Below are positions 44,201-51,715 of a stretch of DNA of 64,000 bases, in pieces. Source of the stretch: a bacterium. GTDB taxonomy: Bacteria > Myxococcota_A > Bradymonadia > UBA7976 > UBA1532. The position numbers were made by a program, and so were the translations under genes. How positions within the stretch are numbered: the first letter of the stretch is position 1; the number at the start of each line of letters is the position of its first letter. The stretch lies in assembly GCA_030426085.1 (NCBI GenBank), contig JAUHYW010000002.1, positions 204,451 through 268,450 of the forward strand, given 5' to 3'. The notes beneath the pieces are model-generated. The model was not told the DNA's origin, did no database searches, and was given only the letters and a program-made list of their open reading frames with translations.

Positions 44201-47020
44201 CTCGGCGATGACCTTGCGCATCCACTCGAAGGCGCCTTCGGTGTTGCGCATGTGCTGCTCGGCCAGCTCGGCGCTGCGCATCATCAGCACCCGCCGCTGC
44301 TCGGGCTCGCTCTCGTTCTCGAGCAGCACCTCGAGCACGCCGACCAGCTTCCGGTGATCGTCGTTGGCGGTGTAGATCGGCTCCAGCCGCCGGGCGGCCT
44401 CGACGTTGCCCGGCTCGGTCTGCAGCACCCGTTCGAGGGCCCGCACCGCGCGGTCCTGCTGCTCGGTCTGCTCCTCGTAGATCCGGGCCGCCCGGAAGAG
44501 CAGGTCGATCTTGACCGCGTCCTCCTTCTGCACCCCGACCTGACCCTCGAGCAACCGCACCAGCTCGGCCCAGCCGTTGCGCTGGTCGGCGTAGAACGTC
44601 TCCAGCGCGTCCCAGTCACCCAGCTCGACGAGCGCCTTCTTCAGCGAATCGCCCGCCCGCCGGTTGCGGGGGTCGATCTCGAGCAGCCGCTGCCAGATGG
44701 GGACCGCCCGCGCTTTGTCGTCCATCCGATCCTGGAGCACGCTGCCCGACTTCTGCAGCAGATCAGCCTGCTCCTTGGGGTCGTCGACGAGGTCGACGAG
44801 GATGTCGATCGTCTCGACCAGCTCGTCGAAGTTCTTGCCCTGCTCGTAGGCCCCGACCAGGGCCCGCAGCGCGTCGACGTCCTCCGGCGCGATCTCGCGG
44901 ACCTTCTCCCACAGCGCCTGCACGATGTTGGGTCGGCGGATCTTCTTGTTGGCGTACTCGGCGAGGGCCTTGTAGCCCGCCAGCCGCTCGTCGATGCCGT
45001 CGGCCAGATCGGCGATGCGCTGGCGGGTCGCGATCAGGTTGTCCCAGTCGCGGCGCTTCTCGTACATCTTGTCGAGCGACTCGAGCGCCTGCCGGTTCTC
45101 CGGGTCGAGTTCGAGCACCGCTTCGAAGGCTTTGATCGCCTCGGCCTGATTGCGCAGCCGGTCGAGGTACAGGCTCGCGATCTGCAGCCCGTAGTCGATC
45201 TTCTCCTGCCCGTCGGCCCGCTCGAACTGGGTCTCGAGGACCCCGATCAGATCGGGCCAGCGCCGCATCGACTCGTACTTCTCGATGAGCAGCGCCGGGA
45301 CCTCGGCGTCGCTGGGGTCCAGCGCGAGGATCTCGGCGTAGATCTGGACCACCTGCGCGTCCTGCCGGACGTGCTCCGACATCAGCTCGGCCAGCCGGCG
45401 CAGCCCGTCGAGCTTCTTCCGGGTCTGGCTCTCGGGGATGTCGTCGACGACGACCCGCAGGACGTCGATCAGCTCCTTGTGCTTGCCGAGCGCCTCGTAG
45501 AGCCGCAACAGCGCGCGCCGGGCCGGCTTGTCCTCCTTGTCGGCCTGATGCACCTGCCGCCAGAAGTCGGCCGCCTTCTCCTGATCACCCAGCCGGCGCT
45601 CGGCGAGGCGGGCCATCTGCCGCAGCGCGGCGACCCGGGCCTCAGCCGGCTTGCCACCGGCCTCCTGAGCGAAGACCTGCTGCACGTTGCGCCACTTGCC
45701 GGCCTCGACCAGCCGCACGGTCTGCCACCGCACCACCGCCGGATCGTCCGACTTCTTGGCCATCTCGCGCAGCTTGTAGTCGACCGTGCGCTCCTCACCG
45801 AGGTGCGCCGCGCCGAAGACCAGCCGGTGGGCCGCGATCGCGTCGGGGCGCTCCGACGACTCGGCGAGGGCGTCGAGCCCCTCGGCCACCGCCGCCTTCA
45901 ACTCATCGGAGCCCTCCAGGGAACGACCGGCGGCCCAGTAGACCTCCACCTCGCCCGCGTCGGCCTCGACGGCGGCGAGATACAGCCGCTGGAAGTCGTC
46001 CATCTGATCGGCGCCGAGCGCCGCCGCCGCCCGACCGTAGAGGTCGTGCCGTCGCGCCCCGCTGGCCTGCCCGGCCATCGCCTCGAGCTCGGCGGTCGAG
46101 AGCCGGTCGAGCGCCTCGTCTTCGTCCTCGTCCTCGTCGGCAGCGGGCTCCGGCGCAGCGGCCACGGGCGCAGCGGGCTGGGGCGCAGGCGGCGGCTCGG
46201 GCGCCGCCTCCTGGGTCGCCTCGACCGGCGTCTCCACGGTGGACTCGGGGCTGTCCTCCTCCGCCCCGCCGCCGAGGGCCGCGAGCCGGGCCCGGGCGTC
46301 CTCGTTGTTCGGGTCGAGGCGCACGATCTCCTGAAGCACCGGCAGCGCGGCCTCCTGCTGACCGAGATCGACCAGGTAGAGGTTGGCCATCTCCTCCAGC
46401 ACTGCGAGCCGACGCCCGTCGTCGGGGGCCCGCTCCAGCTCGTACTGCAGGAGCTGAACCACCATGTCGAGGTTGTCGACGTCGCGATGGATGCGCCGGG
46501 CCGCCGCGACCGCGTCGAGCTGCTCGGGATCGGTCTGGTAGGCGAACTCGTAGTACTCCAAGGCCCGCGCCCGATCCCCGACCCGCTCGTCGAGGATCTG
46601 CCCCATCTGGAATACGAGCGCCGCTCGGTCCTGCGGCGTCTCGAGACGTTCCTGCTCGGCGGTCGCGACCTCGAGGTAGCTCTCCCACTCCCCGAGCACG
46701 AGCAGCAGCCGACGCATCTCGGCCAGCGTCGTCAGGACGCCCGCCGGTTCGAGCCCCTCCCCCTCCAGCGAAGCGCTGTAGAGCTGAACCGCCTGCGCCA
46801 GATCCTCGAGGTGGTCACGGGCCACCTCGGCTCCCCGCCGGAGGAACTCGGCCCGGGCCTGCATATCCGCCGTCTCGTGCTCGGCGAGGTGCACGTAGAG
46901 CTGGGCGAGTTCCTCCCAACTGCCCTGCTCACGCAGGAGGGCTTCGAGTTCACCGCTGGCCTCGCGGTTGCTCGGATCCTCAATCACCGCATCGAAGAGC
47001 TCGCGAATCCGCTCGGTCAT
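35294..47020 (-). CDS. giant (3908 aa) cytoplasmic TPR-repeat protein, AgmK/GltI-like
   Basis: Single uninterrupted frame of 11,727 nt. More than 80 consecutive ~34-aa TPR-like units (…A(I/L)E(A/L)LERLY…W(E/D)EL…) with no signal peptide. The antisense 4044-aa ORF is L/R/V-rich and featureless. Size and composition match the M. xanthus gliding protein AgmK. Confidence 0.8.
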   Translation of the reverse strand: MTERIRELFDAVIEDPSNREASGELEALLREQGSWEELAQLYVHLAEHETADMQARAEFLRRGAEVARDHLEDLAQAVQLYSASLEGEGLEPAGVLTTLAEMRRLLLVLGEWESYLEVATAEQERLETPQDRAALVFQMGQILDERVGDRARALEYYEFAYQTDPEQLDAVAAARRIHRDVDNLDMVVQLLQYELERAPDDGRRLAVLEEMANLYLVDLGQQEAALPVLQEIVRLDPNNEDARARLAALGGGAEEDSPESTVETPVEATQEAAPEPPPAPQPAAPVAAAPEPAADEDEDEDEALDRLSTAELEAMAGQASGARRHDLYGRAAAALGADQMDDFQRLYLAAVEADAGEVEVYWAAGRSLEGSDELKAAVAEGLDALAESSERPDAIAAHRLVFGAAHLGEERTVDYKLREMAKKSDDPAVVRWQTVRLVEAGKWRNVQQVFAQEAGGKPAEARVAALRQMARLAERRLGDQEKAADFWRQVHQADKEDKPARRALLRLYEALGKHKELIDVLRVVVDDIPESQTRKKLDGLRRLAELMSEHVRQDAQVVQIYAEILALDPSDAEVPALLIEKYESMRRWPDLIGVLETQFERADGQEKIDYGLQIASLYLDRLRNQAEAIKAFEAVLELDPENRQALESLDKMYEKRRDWDNLIATRQRIADLADGIDERLAGYKALAEYANKKIRRPNIVQALWEKVREIAPEDVDALRALVGAYEQGKNFDELVETIDILVDLVDDPKEQADLLQKSGSVLQDRMDDKARAVPIWQRLLEIDPRNRRAGDSLKKALVELGDWDALETFYADQRNGWAELVRLLEGQVGVQKEDAVKIDLLFRAARIYEEQTEQQDRAVRALERVLQTEPGNVEAARRLEPIYTANDDHRKLVGVLEVLLENESEPEQRRVLMMRSAELAEQHMRNTEGAFEWMRKVIAEHPADAEARRELERLGEATGSWPAVHEDLTAALDRVPDMAPADVDPMAAQLEILLSLGRILDKQMGAHEQALERYHQALEIDPDNREALDAVEALYTRAMDWHALLGVLDRKLALAEESEARKELFRKQGLIFENQLEEPISAIERYRSVVDEDPEDRDALESLRRLYESTEQFHELHEVLGRLRQMALDAEDAEQSVALKMVMAVLELHHLERAPEAIGNFREILADDPGHDGARQALEGLLEEPQYRGEVAGILEPIYRDASAWEPLVVVLEIQLEETLDIERRVELLERIGTLHVERTADIERAFDAFARMFREAPSSEVAIAQLEKLAEVADGWDVLAELIEQVLPEVPDEPLARALLARLAGIYEERLDNAEMAIDAHRRVLDLEPEDRPAIEALDRLYTRTEQWVELLSIYRRKLELTEEPEAREALQFQIANLLEAMLGEPREAIAVYNEIIDIAPENGRALEALDRLYGQEELWAELADILGRRLALAEDAGAQVELRVRLGELRETKLHNFDLAIETYREILEVDPDNAAAIGALERLSEDPTFRPAIADILEPIYERQDDWQKLIQVYEIQREFSPDEARKVELLHQIAELHQSRGADAVSAFQSYARAFQVDPSHEETLTHLHRIAGALDLWADLAAVYEQQVPEILDPDVATAVHKRVAEVQLRQLQDYDGAREHYEAAYQADDSDMGVIEALEEIYRTSELWSELVAVLYRKAELTDEVGPKKALYFQIAGLNEEMLGDPFRAVEALRTVRELDPVDWQALEELERLFNGMEQWEDLLEVLHRKAELTEDVEARKRIYYAIGASCEMQLEDPMRAVDTYTAVLEWDPNDLEALTSLERLYGKLEYWEDLQKVLARQVELVPDDQKIDIRFRVAQLHEIHLLDVETAIEGYKGILADQPEHAPSIEALEGLIRQDREARMAAEVLEPVLTKAGNWPRMIEVWRALLDVTMDLEVRTGLRMRVGQAYEDMLADSDGAFEAYGAAFKEDPTHEAALAALERVAQNAEMWGPFVELVEAQLVAIPSEYVARDLYLRVARAYEEELGDAEAAIQRFRRVMEIDPDHEVAILALDRLHEKVGNWPELAEILQLRVERAEDAERVPLLLRLGALFETALEETSQSITAYKDVLEIEAEQPDAVVALERLFEAGHEQPNIGEVLEPIYLGNEQWAKLHDLLQALLAHQLPGEDRMRSMHRLAEMSLEQLDDKQRAFLWYGEAFKEVPEDEHSRRELLRLAEEIDGWENLVAIYTEGLENTQDFELIRTSCHDMADIYRQRLSNDEMAESMYQHVLTQIDPTDARALKGLDVLFEEQGRWPELIDILRREVEVTYDEPELIALMYRLGQLYERQAELEAAVEEYNGILARQPNHPDALGRLEQIYVVQENWPPLYEVYARQAENAEVDPDRARILAAQANLAGGFLDRTFDAVDLWNQVLDLRGEDAEALMALEGLYQVQESWRELVDVCERQVNLLDNDTAREKQLYAKLGRVWGDYLERERNALENWHKVLELDPDDEDALWAVRELYDRIDEQAKVAEFDHRLLALLPGDDMRRVELFRQLGELNMGELEDEGQAIWAWTQLLALEPYDPQAIGCLEDLYQQAENWDACVQILERKVEITEDVYDKVSILFRAAEMYEEQLGDATGAQQCYVKVLEVQPDNFDAYDNLERLYEAGEQWESLVNLLLGRLGVTTELAEMLDIYERTAKAFEERLGDIEKAFVVLGQAFEACLDDERFGGELARLAELGGYWSPLIETYQRVIEALGETPESVPLRIRVARWWDEKLQQPEYANTHYEYALAIEPDNVEALTARELLLERYEQWEMVAGILQRKVELVQTPEESKASYEKLARILEHHLDRPDEAIEAYRQVLLVDGADLPSLVALEGLYTVRMRWQELIDVLLNQAAVLEETGQIVEKYLQVGELWETRLDSPERAIEAYRQALSADDRCVEAMRALERLYGQLDQWTELLDVYELMLQVAESDADRLRIYRQIAEIQEAQVQDRFATIDAYRAMMEIAPGDPHAVQALDRLYRESEQWDELAEVYDKHLEVIQDPDTMVLIRTALAEIHRGPLSNPQAAIEALTPILEPLPDHLATLQTLSVLYAEVEDWTHAIDVISREAHQIQDRGELLDRQYRVGRIYQEKVGDLEQAERWFRSALEHDPNYLPALEALEEVNESRGEWSEAVRTLQMMEAATRNFAEKSKYLFRIGRIYEKHIDERTMAIDYYEQAMDMSPDNADAAEPLVDVYWADQNWARAEPLLDLMLQGKQDADIRELQQLNYRIGYCAEQLRKDEKALGHYRQAYELDSTHLPTLQGMGNLLFRHEDWDRAFKIYQTILVHHRDSLDEGEVVGIFHQQGQIKLKLGERRKALDFFRKALEIDPRNAEILKALIDLHEARNDWEDVIHYRRQVAGLIDDPGEKFQALVGIGDILHEQMNNTRLAVDAYNDALEVQPGSRLVLGKLIGLHEAAENWPAMVDVLSQLAELETNPQRKSKYWCGVATLQREKLRDNFVAVRSFDKGLAADPANLRAFQAIDQILTEERDYERQDRYYRKMLKRATESGLEDGLVFSLAKNLGEINRTRLERFAEAIKAYKIALSKKPDDAPTHSILAELYEREDQIDKAIAQHYTLINLNPRAVESYQELRRLFMDVGKYDEAWCVAQVLVFLNQASPDERLLYEKYRSRTLKQAQRQLDQRHWGLIFHPEKSPLLDHLFQQLYLYTLPVVAKNHKQLGLHKRKTVLNPDEQTPFNSVMKYVSHTTRLPTPEAHRDPQNRPGLRLVELNPPAMLVGPDIVSGRKPQELAFAGAKQLFLSGQSNFLANLGESYEQRKMYLSTIVYTLMRLVKPDANVQYDPNLLEQWGKSIPMPARAEMSKLIQKASTNPKVHLNVSKWLETVEHTGNRLGLVLANDLGAAVQVIKNEAGSFSRAPVQDRIRELVLFALSENYFKLRQALGLAIGSSR

Positions 47021-47111
47021 GGAGATTGCCTCAACAGGGAATGCTCGAAAGTACTAGATGGACGACGAGCCGATGCGCCGGGCACGGGGCCGGGCGACGA
47101 CGGCCAGCGCG

Positions 47112-47996
47112 TCACTTGGTTCGCTTCTTCGCCGCCTCTTCCAGACGAGCGAGCGTATCCTGCGCCGCCTCGATCCGCAGCGGATCCTCATTGGCCGTGC
47201 GCCGGGTCAGGTACAGCTTGAGGTGCTGAATCGCCGCCGGGCCGTCGCCGTTCGCGAAGTACGCCATCCCCAGGTTGAAGAAGGTGCCGGCGTGCTTGCC
47301 ATCGAGCGAGCGGGCCTTCTCGAACTGGGCGATCGCGTCGTCGAGGCGACTCTGGGCCTGATACACCAGCCCCAGGTCGTGATAGTTCAACGCCCACTGG
47401 GGGTTGTTCTCGATCGCGTTCTTGAACACCTGCGCCGCGTGGGAATACTGCTCGAATCGGCGGTAGAGGTTGCCCAGCGCGTTGTACGCCTCGGGCAGCC
47501 GGGGGTCGGTGCGCACGGCCTGCATGTAGACCTCCTGCGCCCGGTCGAACTGTTCGAGGTGCTCGAGCGCCATGCCCAGCCGCAGGTGGGCCTCCGCCCG
47601 GGAGGGATCGGCCTCGATCGACGTCTCGAGGTTCGTCACCGCGTCCTTCCAGCGGCGCTGCTTGGCCAGCGTCGCGCCGAGGTGATAGCTGTACTCTGCG
47701 CTGTCCGGCCTCAGCTCGAGCGCCCGGCGGTAGTTCTCCTCGGCGGCCTTGAACTTGGCCAGCTTCTGCTCGTAGAGCAGCCCCTGATAGAAGAACGCCC
47801 GGTCGTTGGTCGGATCGACATCGGCGGCCTGCCCCAGCTTGCTGAGGGCATCGGTCAGCCGGTCCCGCTGGAAGAGCTTGAGCCCCTCGTTCATCAGCCG
47901 GATCGACTCGTTCCGCTCCTGATTGCACCCGGTGCCCAGCGTGAGGCAGCCCGCCAACCAGACGAACACACCCCATCGCGCCACGGTTCGGATCAT
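47112..47996 (-). CDS. TPR-repeat lipoprotein
   Basis: Lipobox MIRTVARWGVFVWLAGCLTLGTGC followed by ~7 canonical TPR units (AFFYQGLLYEQ, AEAHLRLGMALE, PEAYNALGNLY, ALNYHDLGLVY, AGTFFNLGMAYF). Confidence 0.7.
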   Translation of the reverse strand: MIRTVARWGVFVWLAGCLTLGTGCNQERNESIRLMNEGLKLFQRDRLTDALSKLGQAADVDPTNDRAFFYQGLLYEQKLAKFKAAEENYRRALELRPDSAEYSYHLGATLAKQRRWKDAVTNLETSIEADPSRAEAHLRLGMALEHLEQFDRAQEVYMQAVRTDPRLPEAYNALGNLYRRFEQYSHAAQVFKNAIENNPQWALNYHDLGLVYQAQSRLDDAIAQFEKARSLDGKHAGTFFNLGMAYFANGDGPAAIQHLKLYLTRRTANEDPLRIEAAQDTLARLEEAAKKRTK

Positions 47997-48202
47997 GTAT
48001 CTGCTCGCTTCCAGCCGACCTGCCAGGTCCATTCGAGGAACAGGGCGCCGGTTTTGGAGGTATCACCGGGTCGGTATGCAGTCAAGAACCGGCCCCGCGC
48101 CGGACGTCTCTGCGGCGATGGATCGGCCCCACCCGCGCAACGGTCTTCGAAACGCCGACACCCCGCCGGGTGGGCGGGGTGTCGGAATGAACGGGGCGCG
48201 AC

Positions 48203-49972
48203 TCAGCTCGGCTTGAAGATGAAGGGGTACGTCACGATGACGATGCCGCCCCCCTTGGGCGCCGGGAAGACCCACCGCTTGATCTTGCTGGCCAGGCAGT
48301 TCTCCACGCTAGCGTTCTTCATGGTCGACTCGACGACCTGAGAGGCGATGACGCTGCCGTTGCCGGCGATGGTGAACTTCACCTTGATCTTGCCGTTGAG
48401 GTCGCGCTTGCGGTTCAGCTCGCGCTCGTAGCAGTACCGATACTCGGCCCGGTGCCGGCGAATGACCCGGCGGATGGTCTCCCGGTCGAGCGAGCCCTGC
48501 ACGATGGGCTTGCCGGGGATGACCTTGGGCGACTTGGCCGACTTGCGACCGAGCCGGCTCTGACCCCGACCGTAGCCGCTGTTGCCGCTGCCGCCTCGGC
48601 CCCGGGTGCCGACGTTGCCGACGCCGATGGACGCCTCACCGAAGCCACCGCCGCCGCGCCCGACCCCGGCGACGCCGAGGCCACCGAAGCCGGCGGCCGC
48701 GCCGGTCTTGTCGCCGAACATGTTGCCCAGCGCGCTGACGGCATCCGAGCCGATGGCCTGATTGCCCTCGCCCCAGACCGAACTCAGCTCGCCTTCGAGG
48801 CTGTTGACCGCCGCCTGAGCGGTGTCGATCGCCTCCTGGCGGGCCCGCTCACGGGCCAGTTCGATCTCCTCCTGGTTGCCCTCGACCGCGAAGCGCTTGT
48901 CCTTCGCCTCTTCGGTCCGGTCGCCCATCTCCCCCTGATCGTCCTTGGCCTTCTCCGCCTTCTCGCCCTCGTCCTTGAGGTCGCCGAAGAGGTCCTCGAT
49001 CTTCTGCTTCTCCTCCTCGGGCGTGAGCATGAACTCGACGAACCGGTCGGACATGTCGAAGCCGTCCATCGACAGGCTGTCGGCGTCCTCGGGGATGCTC
49101 AGCACGATCAGGAAGAAGAGGGCGTGCAGGACGGCCGCGGCGAGCAGATACCGCAGGAGCTGCGGATCCATCGCCTTGAGGAACGACCCCCGCCCGACCA
49201 TCGGGGCCGCCGGCACCGAGTTGATGAGGAAGGTCAGGTCACCGAACTTGAGCCGACACCGGGCCCGCGGCGGCAGGCGCAGCGAGTGACTCTGGGGCAC
49301 GGCCGAGCGGCCGAGCTTGCCCGCCGCCTTCAGCTCGTCGATGGCGTAGACCTTGCCGTCGAGCATCACCTCGCCCTCGATGCCCTCGGGCACGTTGACG
49401 ACCATGGTGTTGCCGTCGGTCTCGGCGAGCGGGAACGGGTTCTGGCGGATGAACTGGGGGTTGACGAAGTGCGACGCGTCCTCGCCGTCCCCGATGGTGT
49501 AGCTCGCCGCCTCGGTGAAGTGCTGCACGTCGACGACGGTGACGCCCCACAGGACGAGCACCTCGAGCGCCCGGCGTCCACCCGCTTCGGCCTCGTTCTC
49601 GTCGAAGAGCGGCGCGTTGGAGACCACCGGCCGCCGCCCGGCGCCGCCTCGCTGGGCGCTCTGCCCGGCGATGGCCACCACGACCGTGGTGCCGCCGAAG
49701 CGGATCCGATCGCCGGTGCGCAGCCGGTGCTTGGTCACCCGCTCGCCGTTGACGTAGGTACCCGTGGCGCTGCCGAGGTCCAGGATGACCACGTCATCGG
49801 GGCTGCTGGCCTCGATGACCGCGTGCATCCGTGACACGCTGTCGTCGTCGATCCGCACATGGGACGACGACAACTTGCCGATCTTGATCGTCTGCTCTGC
49901 CAGAATCTCGGTTCGTACGAGTTGATTGCCCTCGTATATGTCGAACTTGATCGGCGTGTTCGCGGTGTCCAT
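48203..49972 (-). CDS. FHA domain - TM - TonB C-terminal-like domain protein (GltG/PglI-like)
   Basis: N-terminal FHA domain (IKIGKLSSSHVRIDDDSVSRMHAVIE...LDLGSATGTYVNGERV). Central TM helix (LLAAAVLHALFFLIVLSI). E/K-rich and G-rich periplasmic linker. C-terminal TonB_C-like domain (...GKIKVKFTIAGNGSV...GGGIVIVTYPFIFKPS). Confidence 0.7.
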   Translation of the reverse strand: MDTANTPIKFDIYEGNQLVRTEILAEQTIKIGKLSSSHVRIDDDSVSRMHAVIEASSPDDVVILDLGSATGTYVNGERVTKHRLRTGDRIRFGGTTVVVAIAGQSAQRGGAGRRPVVSNAPLFDENEAEAGGRRALEVLVLWGVTVVDVQHFTEAASYTIGDGEDASHFVNPQFIRQNPFPLAETDGNTMVVNVPEGIEGEVMLDGKVYAIDELKAAGKLGRSAVPQSHSLRLPPRARCRLKFGDLTFLINSVPAAPMVGRGSFLKAMDPQLLRYLLAAAVLHALFFLIVLSIPEDADSLSMDGFDMSDRFVEFMLTPEEEKQKIEDLFGDLKDEGEKAEKAKDDQGEMGDRTEEAKDKRFAVEGNQEEIELARERARQEAIDTAQAAVNSLEGELSSVWGEGNQAIGSDAVSALGNMFGDKTGAAAGFGGLGVAGVGRGGGGFGEASIGVGNVGTRGRGGSGNSGYGRGQSRLGRKSAKSPKVIPGKPIVQGSLDRETIRRVIRRHRAEYRYCYERELNRKRDLNGKIKVKFTIAGNGSVIASQVVESTMKNASVENCLASKIKRWVFPAPKGGGIVIVTYPFIFKPS

Positions 49973-50007
49973 ACGCCCCCGTCCAGGTCGAGAGACCGGG
50001 CTGTCGG

Positions 50008-50305
50008 TCAGATGTCTTCGGCCGACTTGAGCATCTCGGGGACGAAATTCTCCCGGATGCGAATCAGGCTGCTGTGCCGTGCGCGGCGCCGGGAGTCGAG
50101 ATACTCCCCTTCGGGGCGCACGAACGACCCCTCCACCACGTCGTCCTCGAAGTCGTATTCGGTCTGCCTGCGGTAGACCACGTTCGGATCGTTCGGATCC
50201 TGCAGGAAGTCCTCGCTATTGGGGTCGACTTCTTCCTGCGCGCTCGCTACGACAGGCGCGGCGACGAGGGCGACGAGGACAAAAAGGCTTCGAATGCTGA
50301 GCATG
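50008..50305 (-). CDS. small secreted protein (GltF-like by position)
   Basis: Signal peptide MLSIRSLFVLVALVAAPVVASAQEE followed by ~75 acidic residues. Start at the internal Met of ORF 50008..50487. Confidence 0.45.
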
Positions 50306-50470
50306 CCTCTCTCCTTCGAACTCGATGAGGCGCATCGACAGCAGTCAGTATAGCGGTGTCGCGTCGGCCGACCAACCCCGCCGCGGCAGTCGACACACAT
50401 GATGGGGGGAAGTTCTCTCGAGAGGAATTTTTTCCGGGTCGGCGTCGGGCGACGCCCCGGCGATCTCCGC

Positions 50471-51715
50471 TCAGCCGTCCCCGCCACCGCCGCCCTGAGC
50501 GGCGTCCTGCGCCTTCTGCTGGCGCATCATCTCTTCGAGTTCCTTCATGTTCTTGATCTGGATGCGCACCGCCTCGATGCGCTGGGTCACGTCCTTGCGC
50601 AGTTCGGCATCCTGCCGCTCGTAGCGCAGCACGGCCTCGTACTCCTTGATCGCGTCTTCCAACTTCTGGGTGTACTCCTGGTAGAGGATCCCCAGGTTGT
50701 AGTGCGCGCCGACGTAGGTCTCGTCCTTGGCGATCACGGCCTTGTAGCCCGACTCGGCCTCGTCGAGGCGCTCGAGCCCCCGGGCGGCCACGGCCTTCGA
50801 CAGCATCGCCTCGAGGTGCTCGGGCTTCTGCTTGAGCACCTCCGAGAAGTGGCGGTAGCTCGACTCGTAATCCCGGTAGCTGAAGGTGATCGCGCCCACG
50901 TTCATGTGGGCCGGCCAGTAGTCGGCGTCGGTCTTGAGCGCGTCCTCGAAGGAGCCGAGGGCCAGGGTCACGTTGTCCTGCTTGAGGTGCACGAGGCCCA
51001 GCGTGTTGTACAGGTCGGGCGTCTTCTGGATCTCGAGCCCGGTGAGGCAGACCAGCTTGGCCAGTTCGAAGCGCCCCAGGTCGTAATACACCCGCGCCAG
51101 CACCTCGTAGGCCAGCACGTTCTGGCTGTCTTCCTTGAGGGCGGTGCGCACGTGCTTGACGGCGTTGGCGAAGTCCCGCCGCGAGCGCGCGTCCTGGGCG
51201 AGGTTCAGGTGGGCCTCGCCGTTGAACGGCTCGATCTGGATGGCCTTGCGGAACAAGGCCATCGCCTCGCCCTTGTTGCCCTTCTCCATCTCGAGCCGGC
51301 CGAGGTTGACGAGGCCATCACCGAAGCCCTTGCCCTTCTCGGCCGAGCGCTCGTACCACGACTTCGCCTCGTCGGTGCGGCCCTGCTCCTCGTGGATGCG
51401 GCCGATGTTGAAGTAGGCGGCCCCGAAGGTCTCGTCGACGTCGATGGCCTGCTCGAACAGACCGATGGCCTGGGACGCGTTGCCCGCCTTGTAGGCTTTG
51501 ACCCCGTCCTCGAAGAGCGGCTTGGCCTCCTTGGCCACCTTCGGCGCCGGCGGGGGCTCGTCGGGGAGCTGCTGGTCGCCGCTGCCGCCCCCGGCGCCGA
51601 GCGAGCCGTCACCGTCGGGCCGCGAGGGGTTGCCGCCACAGGCGATCAGCGAGAAGGAGACGAAACCGAGCGCGCTCAGGCGCGCGATCCGGGCCGCGAG
51701 TGCCGACACGCGCAT
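50471..51715 (-). CDS. TPR-repeat lipoprotein (AglT/GltE-like)
   Basis: Lipobox MRVSALAARIARLSALGFVSFSLIACGG. At least 8 TPR units, then an E/K-rich C-terminal helix. The start overlaps the stop of the upstream gene by 1 nt (TGATG). Confidence 0.7.
   Translation of the reverse strand: MRVSALAARIARLSALGFVSFSLIACGGNPSRPDGDGSLGAGGGSGDQQLPDEPPPAPKVAKEAKPLFEDGVKAYKAGNASQAIGLFEQAIDVDETFGAAYFNIGRIHEEQGRTDEAKSWYERSAEKGKGFGDGLVNLGRLEMEKGNKGEAMALFRKAIQIEPFNGEAHLNLAQDARSRRDFANAVKHVRTALKEDSQNVLAYEVLARVYYDLGRFELAKLVCLTGLEIQKTPDLYNTLGLVHLKQDNVTLALGSFEDALKTDADYWPAHMNVGAITFSYRDYESSYRHFSEVLKQKPEHLEAMLSKAVAARGLERLDEAESGYKAVIAKDETYVGAHYNLGILYQEYTQKLEDAIKEYEAVLRYERQDAELRKDVTQRIEAVRIQIKNMKELEEMMRQQKAQDAAQGGGGGDG

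Noticed and set aside
35087-47221. 4044-aa plus-strand ORF
   Set aside because: It is antisense to the giant TPR gene. The product is L/R/V-rich with no repeat structure, signal peptide or motifs, while the minus-strand frame gives canonical TPR units and sensible termini. This is a high-GC shadow ORF.
50400-50470. GC hairpin adjacent to a T6 tract, considered as a terminator after the AglT-like gene
   Set aside because: On the transcribed minus strand the hairpin is followed by an A-tract, not a U-tract. The stem is only ~7 bp with a 2-nt loop.
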